Shown: piece by piece, positions 30,120-40,942 of the stretch
Layout: each line of letters opens with the position of its first letter
How positions within the stretch are numbered: the stretch's first letter is position 1
Assembly: GCA_049516875.1 (NCBI GenBank)
Contig: JBEKSS010000002.1
Coordinates: forward strand, 64,001-128,000
Direction: 5' to 3'
Source of the DNA: Candidatus Bathyarchaeia archaeon
Lineage (GTDB): Archaea; Thermoproteota; Bathyarchaeia; Bathyarchaeales; Bathycorpusculaceae
Length of the DNA: 64,000 nt
The notes under the pieces: generated by a model
Told to the model about the DNA's origin: nothing
Database searches by the model: none
The model's input: only the letters and a program-made list of their open reading frames with translations
Translations under genes and position numbers: made by a program

Positions 30120-31787
30120 ATGCAACCAATTGGGCTTAGGAGAACGGACTTGGTCAGAAGAACCGTTTCTGGGATAACGCTCACGTTATTGTTAACCAGC
30201 GTCCTAGCGTTGACGTTTATCATTCAACCGGTGGGGGCGAGTGATACTATTTACATACGGGCTGACGGATACATAGACCCACCAACTGCACGAATCTCGA
30301 CGCTTGACAACGTCACTTATACATTCACTGGCAACATCAATGATTCTGTTGTGGTGGAGAGAGACAACCTGGTGATTGATGGAGCAGGATACACGCTTCA
30401 GGCAAGTGGAGGCGGCATTGGGATAGACGTTTCGGGTAGGAACAACGTGACAATTAAAAACACAACCATCCAAGGACTCTACTCTGGCATCTATCTCGAT
30501 AAGTCTTCTAACAACAACAGTATAGCTGGAAACAACATAACAAGCAACATCTTTGGCATCTGGTTCGATTCTTCTTCAATCAACAGCGTAAGCGGGAACA
30601 ACATAACAAGCAACGACGTTGGCATCTGGTTCAATTCTTCTTCAATCAACAGCGTAAGCGGGAACAACATAACAAGCAACGACGTTGGCATCTGGTTCAA
30701 TTCTTCTTCAAACAACAGCGTAAGCGGAAACATGTTTTTCAATGACGGTTTGGTTGTTTGGGATTCTCATGATAATGTTGTGGAGGATAATTTGGTGAAT
30801 GGTAGAACCCTCGTGTATCTTGAGGGTGTTTCAGACTACGCTGTTGGCGACGCTGGACAAGTTATACTCGTGAACTGCAACCACATAAAAGTGGAAAACC
30901 TCAACCTGTCCAAAGCAACCATGGGCGTACAACTGTGGAGAACGAGCTACACGACAATAGTTGGAAACGACATAACAGGCAACAGCAACGTTGGCATCAG
31001 GTTCGATTCTTCTTCAATCAACAGCGTAAGCGGGAACAACATAACAAGCAACGACGTTGGCATCTGGTTCAATTCTTCTTCAAACAACAGCATAAGTGGG
31101 AACAACATAACAGAAAACAGCATTGGCATCGCTTTCGATTCTTCTTCAAACGACAGCGTTTACCATAACGACTTTGTTAATAACACACTTCAAGTCTACA
31201 GCAGTCTGTCTATGAATGTTTGGGATGATGGTTATTCTTCTGGCGGCAACTACTGGAGTGACTATGCTGGAATAGACTTGCACAATGGTGTCTATCAGAA
31301 TGAAACAGGTTCTGACTGGATTGGCGATTCGCCTTACATCATAAATCAGAACAACACCGACAGATATCCGTTGATGCATCCTTTTGCTCTGGAAATGCAG
31401 AAATACGAAGTAGCGTTCAGAGATCTTTTAGACCGATATGATGAGATGTATTCAGAACTTGTGGCTTTGAACTCAACTTGCAGAAGCCTCCAAGAATCGA
31501 TTAGCAATTTAACAATAACCTGTGACCTGACACGTGCCAATCTCCAGGGGCATATCAACTCACTGAACAGTACATGCGTCGGTTTGAGTCAGTCACTTAC
31601 AGACCTACAAGGACAATTGAACGGCCTGAACTCAACAATACAAGCATCCATCAATGGATTACAAGAGAAATACAACTCACTGAGCAATCAAGTCAACAAT
31701 CTCCTGAACCTTGTGTATGTCCTCGTAGGTCTGTCAGTCGTTCTCATAATAGTGACGATCTATATTGCAACAAGAAACCGAAGATGA
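30120..31787 (+). CDS. NosD/parallel beta-helix surface protein with coiled coil and C-terminal TM
   Basis: TIYIRADG, NSVSGNNITSN repeats, GGNYWSDY, DRYPLM. Confidence 0.85.
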   Translation: MQPIGLRRTDLVRRTVSGITLTLLLTSVLALTFIIQPVGASDTIYIRADGYIDPPTARISTLDNVTYTFTGNINDSVVVERDNLVIDGAGYTLQASGGGIGIDVSGRNNVTIKNTTIQGLYSGIYLDKSSNNNSIAGNNITSNIFGIWFDSSSINSVSGNNITSNDVGIWFNSSSINSVSGNNITSNDVGIWFNSSSNNSVSGNMFFNDGLVVWDSHDNVVEDNLVNGRTLVYLEGVSDYAVGDAGQVILVNCNHIKVENLNLSKATMGVQLWRTSYTTIVGNDITGNSNVGIRFDSSSINSVSGNNITSNDVGIWFNSSSNNSISGNNITENSIGIAFDSSSNDSVYHNDFVNNTLQVYSSLSMNVWDDGYSSGGNYWSDYAGIDLHNGVYQNETGSDWIGDSPYIINQNNTDRYPLMHPFALEMQKYEVAFRDLLDRYDEMYSELVALNSTCRSLQESISNLTITCDLTRANLQGHINSLNSTCVGLSQSLTDLQGQLNGLNSTIQASINGLQEKYNSLSNQVNNLLNLVYVLVGLSVVLIIVTIYIATRNRR

Positions 31788-31845
31788 TACCTCAGACAGA
31801 AATGGAAACTAGCAAAGAACCTGGTAAGAAGCGCGCGCTGTTTTA

Positions 31846-32595
31846 GTGAAGAAGATGGTAAGACGAAAGATTGAATCACTGAAAGCAATTCTGGTCGCCA
31901 CATCACTGAAAGCAATTCTGGTCGCCACATTTGAAGAAGCAGTATTCTTGTGTACAAAAGCCAGAAGAGCAGGAGTCAGAAGAGCAGGAGTCAGAAAAGC
32001 CGACTCATTGCGCTCTTTCAGCGCCGTTGCAGTCGACTACGACTCAAAGTATGAACAGTACACAAAGGATACACATCCCATTGTCCTAGCTGAACTTGAA
32101 AAAATGTCATTCAGCTCCGTTTTGGATGTGAGCTGCGGCACTGGAACCATATTGTCTAGGATTTCAGCCAATGTTAAAAAGACTGGACTTGACATCTCTC
32201 CTAAGATGATATATATGGCTAAACAAAAACTTGGCGACAGCGCCGATTTGGTTGTCGGCGACTCAGAGATGCTACCTTATGCCAACGGTTCATTTGATAT
32301 GGTAACTTGCATTCTCGCTTTTCATCATTTCGAGCGGCCTGAAATCGTTGTGAAGGAGATGCATCGCGTGCTCAAAAAGGGTGGCAGTGTCATACTGTGC
32401 GACATATACGAGCCGATTTTCTGGCGTCGCTTGCGTGCAAATATCTTTTTGCGGGCGTTCAGCGATAGTGGTGACTTACGTTTTTATTCGGAGAGAGAAA
32501 TCAAATGGCTATTGAATAGAGTCGGCTTCCGATCCACCGTTTGGAAAAAGGCAGGGAAACGATTCACAGCGACAGGTGTTCGAAATTGGGCTTAA
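31846..32595 (+). CDS. Class I SAM methyltransferase (UbiE-like)
   Basis: VLDVSCGTG, LDISPKM, GDSEMLPY..SFD, EMHRVLKKGG. Confidence 0.85.
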   Translation: MKKMVRRKIESLKAILVATSLKAILVATFEEAVFLCTKARRAGVRRAGVRKADSLRSFSAVAVDYDSKYEQYTKDTHPIVLAELEKMSFSSVLDVSCGTGTILSRISANVKKTGLDISPKMIYMAKQKLGDSADLVVGDSEMLPYANGSFDMVTCILAFHHFERPEIVVKEMHRVLKKGGSVILCDIYEPIFWRRLRANIFLRAFSDSGDLRFYSEREIKWLLNRVGFRSTVWKKAGKRFTATGVRNWA

Positions 32596-32982
32596 CGCCG
32601 TTAGTTGCGCGCGCGCGGATCTGTCCAGATTATAGTGGCGAAAGCCACGCCTTTGTAGCCGTAGCTGTCCATAATAGAAAGCGCGCGCTCATTTGAACGT
32701 TGCACGTCGCTGTCATCGAAGGTTAATATAACATAGCCTTGAGAACCTTTTACTCTGACGGTGTTCAAGATAGGCGATCGATCGAGAAGTGAGTTCGATA
32801 TAAGTCTTCAACTTTGTCCTGAGCTTTGAGTCTTTGGCAAAGTCTCTGACACCAAAATGGGCAGTTTCTGCTATTATCAGTTGCTCGTTATTGGTGCCAA
32901 GAGGGTCTCCTTTTTCACCCCAGAGAACAGGTGTTGCTTTTCGATCGATCGCTCTCTGACATAATCTGAAACTGTGATTGTT

Positions 32983-33243
32983 TCATCTGTACTTCACCTT
33001 GAACATCAGGATACTGAACGCCTGAACAAAAACCAGAAAATTCGTGATTGTAACAGGTAAGTCCTTGATCAAAATCCCGTAAACAAACCACAGAAAAACA
33101 GCAACACAAAAAATCGAAAACATTCCTAAAGAAATGTCTTTCGTGGATTTCGTCTTCCAAGTCTTCATCAACTGAGGAAAAAAAGCAACAACTGTAATTG
33201 CCCCTGCCACCAAACCAACTATACTTATCAAATCCATCTTCAC
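32983..33243 (-). CDS. SemiSWEET (PQ-loop) sugar transporter
   Basis: 86 aa, three TMs, FFPQLMKTWKTKSTKDIS, LWFVYG, TN. Confidence 0.9.
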   Translation of the reverse strand: MKMDLISIVGLVAGAITVVAFFPQLMKTWKTKSTKDISLGMFSIFCVAVFLWFVYGILIKDLPVTITNFLVFVQAFSILMFKVKYR

Positions 33244-33376
33244 ACCACTCTTAGCGTTACCTGTCTCATTATATTTTTACTTTGGCCTATATTTAGTTCT
33301 GCTACAGGGTTCTTGCCTCGCGCTAATAGCGCGCGCTAACGCATCAGCATGGAACAGTATAAGAATAAGCGCACCT

Positions 33377-33625
33377 GTGCAAACGGAGATTTCAATTTTC
33401 ACCTATTCCTCCTCTAGCCTCGTCGGGTTTGAAGTTGAGATCAACGGATCCCTCACCGACTTTGAGGGGGAAGGAATATCTAACGCGGACATCGTCGTTT
33501 CATACAGCTTGCCAGACATCTCGGAATGGATCCCCTTCATTTTCACGACGACAGACTTTCAAGGTGACTACTATTCTCAGTGGATCCCACCATCAACAGG
33601 GGACTTCACACTCAAAGCAGAATGG
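33377..33625 (+). pseudogene. Ig-like domain fragment of a surface protein
   Basis: VEINGSLTD..GEGI...TTTDFQGDYYSQWIPPSTGDFTLKAEW; no signal peptide; flanked by GC tracts at 33329 and 33626-33653. Confidence 0.6.
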
Positions 33626-33739
33626 GCGTGCGCTATACAACAGTATGGCGCGCTTACCGTGCTACCGTACTACCGTAAGAACCTATTACCATGAGTAAGT
33701 GACTATGAATATGAATAGTGTAAGGAAGGACAATTTGAG

Positions 33740-34837
33740 ATGTTTCCATCAGTTTCTGTAGTTATTCTGAACTATAATGGCAGAGGAATTTTGGGCGAAC
33801 AATTGCTGTCTCGCTTCATATCTTCAGTGCTCTGCAGTAACTATCCCACTTTTGAAGTTCTTTTTTTTGACAATGGATCTACCGATGGCAGTGTCGAGTT
33901 CGTTAGAAAAAAATTTCGAGATAACTCTAGATTGAAAATTATCGTGAATCCCAAGAATGATGGTTATGCCCTAGGCAATAACTTGGCGGTAGGACATGCG
34001 CATGGCAAATACTTTGCTTTGTTAAACAATGACGCTGAAGTAGACAAGAACTGGATACTCGAGTTGGTAAAAATGTTGGAAAGTGACGCATCAATTGGAA
34101 TTGCACAAAGCAAGATTTTCTTTTTTGATCAAACTCATATCCAATCGGCAGGTAATCTACTAGACATGTCCTTGTCAGCCTACATAATCGGTCACAATGA
34201 GGAAGACAAAGGACAGTACGACAGAGTATGCGAAATAACTTTTGCCAGTGGAGCAGCGCTAATGATACGACGATCTTTGATTGACGAAATTGGCCTGTTT
34301 GACTCGAGCTACTTCTTTTATCATGACGATGCGGACTTAAGCTGGCGAGCTAGGCTAGCTGGATTTAAGATTGTATCGGTTCCCTCTTCAATTGTCTACC
34401 ATAAAGGTCAAGCTACCAGTTCAGCTACTTTCAAAAAGGGACAAGAGCGTCTTTTTGCCTTTTGTTGTCGTTTTGGTCTACTTGTAAAAAATTTGGAATT
34501 AAAGAATTTTCCAAAATTTTTGACTCTTATGTCTTTAATCTTTGGAATGGAGTGGTCGGGCCTAATTAATCAGGGTGATGCCGCAACTCCAAGACGATTT
34601 TTGGTTTGGGCAATAAGGAATTTTAGACATAATTGGGAACAGCGGATGTTGGTTCAAACGCGAATCAGAAAAGTCAGCGACGATACAGTGCTTAAGTCTT
34701 TCTTAAATTCCTCTCTTGTTGTACTCAGAATAACGCTGTGTCTTGATAAGCTTGTGGGTGGCCGAGCCGCCAAAGACTTCAACAAGATAGCGAATCGAAT
34801 AACTGATAATTACTACAGAAAACACCTGCGGAATTAG
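33740..34837 (+). CDS. GT2 glycosyltransferase
   Basis: VVILNYNG, DNGSTDGS, LLNND, DDADLSWR. Confidence 0.9.
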   Translation: MFPSVSVVILNYNGRGILGEQLLSRFISSVLCSNYPTFEVLFFDNGSTDGSVEFVRKKFRDNSRLKIIVNPKNDGYALGNNLAVGHAHGKYFALLNNDAEVDKNWILELVKMLESDASIGIAQSKIFFFDQTHIQSAGNLLDMSLSAYIIGHNEEDKGQYDRVCEITFASGAALMIRRSLIDEIGLFDSSYFFYHDDADLSWRARLAGFKIVSVPSSIVYHKGQATSSATFKKGQERLFAFCCRFGLLVKNLELKNFPKFLTLMSLIFGMEWSGLINQGDAATPRRFLVWAIRNFRHNWEQRMLVQTRIRKVSDDTVLKSFLNSSLVVLRITLCLDKLVGGRAAKDFNKIANRITDNYYRKHLRN

Positions 34838-35001
34838 CGCAAATGGTCTTTTCAGATAGATGCTGCTCACGCCATTTTATGAGACCTGTTATTTTTCTTA
34901 AACGTCAAGCGCGGAGCTCGCGCTCTTTACAGACACAGCAAATTCAGTATAGAAATCGTTGGATATTGGAACTAACATTTGGGCATTTCTGCTATTAATA
35001 T

Positions 35002-35304
35002 GCGCGCTGGCTTGTCCCTAAAATGGTTAAAAATGGTGTTTATTCTTCTTTTGCCTATTGGAGCTTAATTTGGGCTTGTTTGACGGGTAATCTTGACCGC
35101 GTTGAAAGATAACAAATCACGGGGTTCCATCAAAGCCGGATGGAAGCAGAGTTTTCCCATAAGCCGTTGAGGCTACATTTAGCCCGTCTGGAAAGTCAAG
35201 GCACACAGGAGGACTAAAAACACATATATGCCTCAAAATTGCCCCTAAACCCGAAAACAGGAATATTGACCATTTTACACCAATTTCGGGACAAGGCAGC
35301 GCGC
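35002..35304. mobile_element. MITE-like 303-bp element with 44-bp imperfect terminal inverted repeats
   Basis: 35002-35045 versus reverse complement of 35261-35304: 36/44 identical; no transposase inside. Confidence 0.65.
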
Positions 35305-35393
35305 TTCGACTTACGCGTCGGAATAGCCCAAGGACACAATCAAGGGATGGGTGCCATCGATCGTTCGACCATCCCAAATCAAACTATGAGGAA

Positions 35394-36773
35394 GTGTGGA
35401 ATCTGAAAATTCTTGAAGTTGTTCATGGCTTTCCTCCACGAAATGTAGCAGGAGTAGAGGTCCTGACACACAATCTGTCTAAGGAACTGGCCAAAAGGCA
35501 TGAGATCCATGTACTATACCCGATATATCTGAAGGGCGCAAGTAAGTGTTACATCAATTCATTCAAAGATAAAGAAGAGAAAATCGAAATTCACGAGCTA
35601 ACAATTGAAGAAAACATCTGGGATTATGCAAAAAGATTGCTCAGATTTGATCTGATTGACCTGTCGCATAAAAACAACAGAATTCGAAAGAAGTTTGAAG
35701 AATGTCTGGAAGAGATCCAACCAGATATCGTCCATTTTCAGCACTTAAAAGGCTTATCAATTGATCTTCCGCTTGTGGCTAAAAAACACTGCAGAGTAGT
35801 TCTAAGCTTAGCCGATTACTGGCCGATATGTCCAACAACACATTTTCTCAATTCTGACGGAGAGATTTGCAACAACCCGTCCCCGAAGAATTGCGGGAAA
35901 TGCCTCTCCACAATTTGGTGCAATCTTGTTAGCGCGCGACGCTTAATTAATCATCGCATCCTGAAGAAGACATATGAATCATATGGAGTCAACATAGCGC
36001 GCGCGCTAATCGCAAATAGGACAACTTGCCTAAAACAATCTGTAAAGTGCGCTGACAAACTACTTGTAGTGTCAGAAACCATAATTAGGAAATTCACCGA
36101 GAACGGATTTATTAACAACAGCGATCTCAAGGACGGCAAAGTTGCTCTCATACATCATGGAGTAGATACTCATAGTCTGAGCGAAGTGAGAAAAAACCCC
36201 TCGGACAACACGAGATTTGGTTATGTCGGTACTTTTGGGGAACGCAAAGGGTTGCATGTTTTGATTGAGGCTTTCAATAAATTAGGAGACGTAAGCGCTG
36301 AATTGAAGATATATGGTAGCAACATACTTGATCCATCCGGTAGATATCATGGATGCCTGATCAAAAAAAGCAAGAATAACCCAAAAATAAAATTCATGGG
36401 TCCATTCTATGACGTTAAAGACCCATATTCTAACGTTGACGTTTTGGTTGTCCCTTCTGTGACTTACGAAGGATATGGATCAGTCGTTCAAGAGGCTTTT
36501 GCGGCAAAGACTCCTGTAATTGCTTCCGACATAGGGGCCCTGAATGAATCTGTTGAGCATATGAAAAATGGATTGCTGTTTGAGGTAGGTAACTCGGATG
36601 ATTTAGCCAGAAAAATGCGTATGGTTGTTGAGAATCCTATTTTGTTGCGTCAACTTGCAAGAAGTGTTCCCTTTGTCAAATCCGTAGAACAGAATGCAAA
36701 GGAAATTGAAGAAGTTTATGAAGAAGTAATACACGGCAGAGGGAGAAGCGTGCGCTTTACGCCATTATTCTAA
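35394..36773 (+). CDS. GT4 glycosyltransferase
   Basis: HGFPPRNVAGVE, PDIVHFQH, KGLHVLIEAF, EAFAAKTPVIASDIG. Confidence 0.9.
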   Translation: MWNLKILEVVHGFPPRNVAGVEVLTHNLSKELAKRHEIHVLYPIYLKGASKCYINSFKDKEEKIEIHELTIEENIWDYAKRLLRFDLIDLSHKNNRIRKKFEECLEEIQPDIVHFQHLKGLSIDLPLVAKKHCRVVLSLADYWPICPTTHFLNSDGEICNNPSPKNCGKCLSTIWCNLVSARRLINHRILKKTYESYGVNIARALIANRTTCLKQSVKCADKLLVVSETIIRKFTENGFINNSDLKDGKVALIHHGVDTHSLSEVRKNPSDNTRFGYVGTFGERKGLHVLIEAFNKLGDVSAELKIYGSNILDPSGRYHGCLIKKSKNNPKIKFMGPFYDVKDPYSNVDVLVVPSVTYEGYGSVVQEAFAAKTPVIASDIGALNESVEHMKNGLLFEVGNSDDLARKMRMVVENPILLRQLARSVPFVKSVEQNAKEIEEVYEEVIHGRGRSVRFTPLF

Positions 36774-37124
36774 ATTCAGACAAAAAATAGATTCTAATAG
36801 TTTAGCTGGCGCGCCAAGTTCCGAAGCCAGTAGATTGGCTGCAATCATTATTCGATATTCATAACCGTTTTAACATTGGCGTGCGCTCGTTATTGACAAG
36901 TCTAGCTGCTTATATCATTTACGAATGGTGAATAAAGTGTGCGCTGTATGGATCAAGGTTGACGTAGCCTACTATGGATTAGCACTCACATTTGTGGGAA
37001 TCTTTATTAATGTTAAGAAGTCTGGAATAGTCTGGCAACTTGGAGAACCGTTCAGAGTGAACATCATGAAAAACAGGCTTAATACTAAGCTTGACAGGCA
37101 ATCAGTGTGGAAGGGTGTGAATGA

Positions 37125-38024
37125 TTGAGGATTCTAGTTACTGGTGCAGCTGGTTTCATTGGCAAACACTTGGTACGGAGGTTAATGGTCGACAGGCATG
37201 AAGTAATCGCATTTGACAGAAGGAGCTGTAGCTTAGGTACCCAGTCCGTTCAAGGAGATGTGGCCTCATTTGACTTCAGCAATATTCTAGAGGATGTTGA
37301 TGTAGTGTTTCACCTTGCCAGTCTTCTAGGCACTGCTGAGCTATTTCACAAAATCATTGAAGCAGAAAGGGTAAACGTTATTGGAACACTGAATTTGCTT
37401 GAAGCCATGCGAAAAAAAGATGTTGACACTATTGTATTTACTTCAAAACCGAATTTCTGGAAGGACAACGTGTACACAATTACAAAGGAAACGTGTGAAC
37501 GTTATCTGACGATGTACAGAAATGTCTACGGGTTCAACGCGGTCTTAGCAAGACCATTCAACGTTTACGGACCAGAAGAGTATCTAAGCGAATACAGAAA
37601 GGCAATACCTTACTTCGTCACAGCCGCCTTGAAAAATGAGACTATCGAAATTTTCGGCAATGGCGAACAAACTATGGATGCTATTTATGTTGATGATGCG
37701 ATTGAAGCTTTGGTCCGCTGTTCCATAGTACGTCCTAAAGAAGTCGTTGAGATAGGCAATGGCAAACCAGTAAAAGTGAAGTATTTGGCAGAAAAGACAA
37801 TCGACCTTTCGAATAGCAAATCCAAGTTGCTCTATATTCCCATGCGGAGAGGGGAGGCCGACGCCAAGGATGTCCATTCTAACGGCAATATTGAGCGATT
37901 AATTGGTTTCCTCCCCAAGATAAGGTTAGAGGATGGTCTCAAGAGAACCATAGACTGGTATTCAAAGCACCTCCAAGAATTCGACAATATTTACAAGTTC
38001 AAGGAAGAAGACTTTCAAACATGA
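37125..38024 (+). CDS. NAD-dependent epimerase/dehydratase
   Basis: VTGAAGFIG, YTITK, RPFNVYGP. Confidence 0.9.
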   Translation: MRILVTGAAGFIGKHLVRRLMVDRHEVIAFDRRSCSLGTQSVQGDVASFDFSNILEDVDVVFHLASLLGTAELFHKIIEAERVNVIGTLNLLEAMRKKDVDTIVFTSKPNFWKDNVYTITKETCERYLTMYRNVYGFNAVLARPFNVYGPEEYLSEYRKAIPYFVTAALKNETIEIFGNGEQTMDAIYVDDAIEALVRCSIVRPKEVVEIGNGKPVKVKYLAEKTIDLSNSKSKLLYIPMRRGEADAKDVHSNGNIERLIGFLPKIRLEDGLKRTIDWYSKHLQEFDNIYKFKEEDFQT

Positions 38025-38088
38025 AAGACACCCGCTTTCTTGAGCGCTTGTAATGCAACGCACTTTTCCTAGTTCGATCCGTCTTTTC

Positions 38089-39006
38089 CTAGATTAGGAA
38101 AACCCTTTCCATTGCACTGGTTTTCCACAATTGCAGGCGTTCGAGAACGACATGAACATAGGTGTAGGGTAATAATCGGAAATCGTCTGCAGTCCTGAAT
38201 CTTTTGAGGAATAGGTTAGCGAAGGTCAAAGGGGGAAAAACCGCTTTTGCTAGGCTTGAGGGGAAAAGTATCCGCCACAGCATAAATTTCCTTTCTCCAT
38301 GCTTCTTGAAGAGTAAGACTCTCTTCGCGATATTTGGGGCTGATTTGATGAGCATTGCCGGCGTTATAGTAACTCGGGGATGGTAAACGACCATATTTGT
38401 GTTGAAACCTATTTTGCCGTGTTCCATGACTCTCAAACCGAGGTCTCTGTCCGCGAGAGGACCCATCCTTTCGTCGAAACCTCCAACAGCTAAGACCACG
38501 TTCTTTGTGAAGGCCTCGTTGCCAGTCATGAATTGTCCTCCGGATCTGTTTTCCATGACGTGGTCCGAGAAGGTTGGCTCATAATCCTCGGACACGTACG
38601 TGATTTTTCCTTCCACCCCGATGCAGTCTTTGTGTTCCAAATATCTGAGACCTTCTTCTATCCAGTTCGGGGATACGGTGCAGTCGGCGTCAGTGAAGAA
38701 AATGTATTTTCCTTTCGCATATTCTAGGCCCTTGTTTCTGCTTTTGGCGATTTTGAGCCATTCTTTGTTTCTAATGTATCTTATTCGTTTGTCGTTGAAT
38801 TTCATGATTATGTTTGCGGTGTTGTCACTGCTCATGTCGTCGACCAAGACGATCTCAAAGTTCTGGAATGTCTGATTCAATAGTGAACCAAGGCAGTTTC
38901 CAATGTACTTTTCGGTATTTCTTGCGCACATTACGACACTGACATGTGGGTTCATCAGCGAAGCTCCAATAGCCGCCGGACGTGCCGTCAAACTTGGTTT
39001 ACTCAA
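38089..39006 (-). CDS. GT2 glycosyltransferase
   Basis: VSVVMCARN, VDDMSSD, FTDAD, GGFDE. Confidence 0.9.
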   Translation of the reverse strand: MSKPSLTARPAAIGASLMNPHVSVVMCARNTEKYIGNCLGSLLNQTFQNFEIVLVDDMSSDNTANIIMKFNDKRIRYIRNKEWLKIAKSRNKGLEYAKGKYIFFTDADCTVSPNWIEEGLRYLEHKDCIGVEGKITYVSEDYEPTFSDHVMENRSGGQFMTGNEAFTKNVVLAVGGFDERMGPLADRDLGLRVMEHGKIGFNTNMVVYHPRVTITPAMLIKSAPNIAKRVLLFKKHGERKFMLWRILFPSSLAKAVFPPLTFANLFLKRFRTADDFRLLPYTYVHVVLERLQLWKTSAMERVFLI

Positions 39007-39187
39007 TGGTTTCTATTCATCTATATATATCTATATACACGTCCAACCTCTTGGACTTGCAGATGCATCCTTTAATCGGACATTCAAATGACTTTGCGCG
39101 GTCAGCTCCGTTCTTCTCCTCTTCCGTCTCCGGTTGACAGAATCAAAGCCCTACGGACCTTTTTGAAGATTTCGGTAAGATCTAGTC

Positions 39188-39392
39188 TTATTCCATGACG
39201 TTGCATGCAGCCGATCCATCCATCTGTATGGCTTGAGCGTCGATCCAAACGGCACTAATGGCAACGATTTCGCGATTATAAATGAAGCTCAACAGATCAA
39301 GTTGATGTGAACCAAGATCGTCCAATGGGTCAACAGCGCCATGGATTGGCGACCAAGCCTGTATGTCGGTTATCATAACAAGCTGAGCTATT
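39188..39392 (-). pseudogene. Internal fragment of a Gfo/Idh/MocA oxidoreductase
   Basis: DPLDDLGSHQLDLLSFI motif without a Rossmann N-terminus; begins at GATCGATC 39393. Confidence 0.6.
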
Positions 39393-39556
39393 GATCGATC
39401 CTCGGAGACTTGCAGGAAAGGTGAAGCAATCGATCGCTCTTCTCCTAATCCTTGGACACTTTTGAATTAGCCTATGTATAAGCACTACAGGAACAGTATG
39501 TGGCTGAACACTTCCTCTCGTACTACGCATCATGCATTGTTGGTGGAGGGACGAAG

Positions 39557-40942
39557 TCAGAAGAAATCGGAGATCCGCGCGCACGCCGTTGAAGCCAGTG
39601 AAACAAACTCCGCGAAAAGCTCTGTGAGGTCACCTCTCTTTAGCGCGCGCAAGCGCTGTCGCATGTTTGATTGGCGCAGAATCTTCTCGAGTCTTTTCCT
39701 GTCGAAATATGGTGTGGCAACTTCGCATATGCCTCCTTCGTCCATATTTTTATACCAACCTTTTCGAATGATTTGTTCGTACAAGGGACTTGTTGGGTAA
39801 CCAACGTATATGTTTATCCACACCGTTGCATCGAAGGCATCAACTAGTTTAGCTCGCAACTCCAATGTTCTTTTCATCTCTTCTATGGTTTCTCCCGGTA
39901 TCCCAATCATCAAAGAAGCTCCCGTGTGGATACCAACTTGTTTGCAAAGCTTGAAAGCCTCCATAGATTGGCTAATTGTTATGCCCTTGTCTATCAGAGC
40001 AAGAACTCTGTTACACGCACTTTCAACGCCAAACCAGACACGTTCGCAACCAGCCTTCTTCATTGCAGTCAATAATTCATAGTCCACCAGATCGACTCTT
40101 GCCTCGCAAATCCAGGACAGATCCATTCTTTCTTCTCTCATCAAACGACAAAGATTCAGCACTCTTTTCCTGTTTACTGTGAAATTGTCCTCTCTAAAGT
40201 AGACTCCCCTTGTTTTGTAATTATCAATCAGAAAGCTCATATCTGAAACTATCCTCTCAGGACTAAAAGACCTGTAGGTTCTTCCCCAAACTGCTTGATT
40301 GCTGCAGAACCTGCAGTGAAATGGGCATCCTCTGGAGGTGTTAACGGCGTCGAGCGGATAAATGTCCACAAGATGATCTTTCCTCGGATATTTTTCCATA
40401 GGAAGAAGGTGCCATGCCGGAGGGGGTATGTCGTCCATGTTCCTTATCAAAGCTCGTGGAGGATTACAAGTGATACCAGCGTTTTTCTTGTAGCAGATTC
40501 CTTGGACTTCATTCAGGTTTCCATTCTTCTCAAGACACTTGATCAGTTCGACTATAGAATGCTCTCCTTCTCCTTGCACAACTATGTCCGCCTTCGTCCC
40601 AGACAAGGTTTCATAAGGTCTTAATGTCGGGTGAGGACCGCCCATTATTATTGGAACTTGGAAGACTTCCTTCAAGACGCTTGCCATTTTCTTGGCTTCA
40701 GAATAGACCGCAGATGTGCAACCTATGCCAATAACCTCAGGAGAGAATCTTCCTACCTTACCGACCAGCTCTTCTAGTTGAATCCGAAAAAGATTGTTGT
40801 CAAAGATCTTGACTTCATGACCAGCGTTCTCCAAAGCAGATGCAACAAATCCCAAGCCCAGCGGTGGCATTGCCCGGTCCTGCGCGCCAAGGGCAATCCT
40901 TCTTGATGGGGGTGGGGGCGGACTAATGAGAAGGGCTTTCAC
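39557..40942 (-). CDS. Cobalamin-dependent (class B) radical SAM protein
   Basis: PPLGL, GGPHPT, TSRGCPFHCRFC, FGVES, GIPGET. Confidence 0.92.
   Translation of the reverse strand: MKALLISPPPPPSRRIALGAQDRAMPPLGLGFVASALENAGHEVKIFDNNLFRIQLEELVGKVGRFSPEVIGIGCTSAVYSEAKKMASVLKEVFQVPIIMGGPHPTLRPYETLSGTKADIVVQGEGEHSIVELIKCLEKNGNLNEVQGICYKKNAGITCNPPRALIRNMDDIPPPAWHLLPMEKYPRKDHLVDIYPLDAVNTSRGCPFHCRFCSNQAVWGRTYRSFSPERIVSDMSFLIDNYKTRGVYFREDNFTVNRKRVLNLCRLMREERMDLSWICEARVDLVDYELLTAMKKAGCERVWFGVESACNRVLALIDKGITISQSMEAFKLCKQVGIHTGASLMIGIPGETIEEMKRTLELRAKLVDAFDATVWINIYVGYPTSPLYEQIIRKGWYKNMDEGGICEVATPYFDRKRLEKILRQSNMRQRLRALKRGDLTELFAEFVSLASTACARISDFF

Noticed and set aside
30527-31110. 66-bp near-identical repeats as a DGR or other non-coding array
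   Set aside because: They are in-frame beta-helix coils of the NosD-like protein; no reverse transcriptase and no adenine-specific variation pattern.
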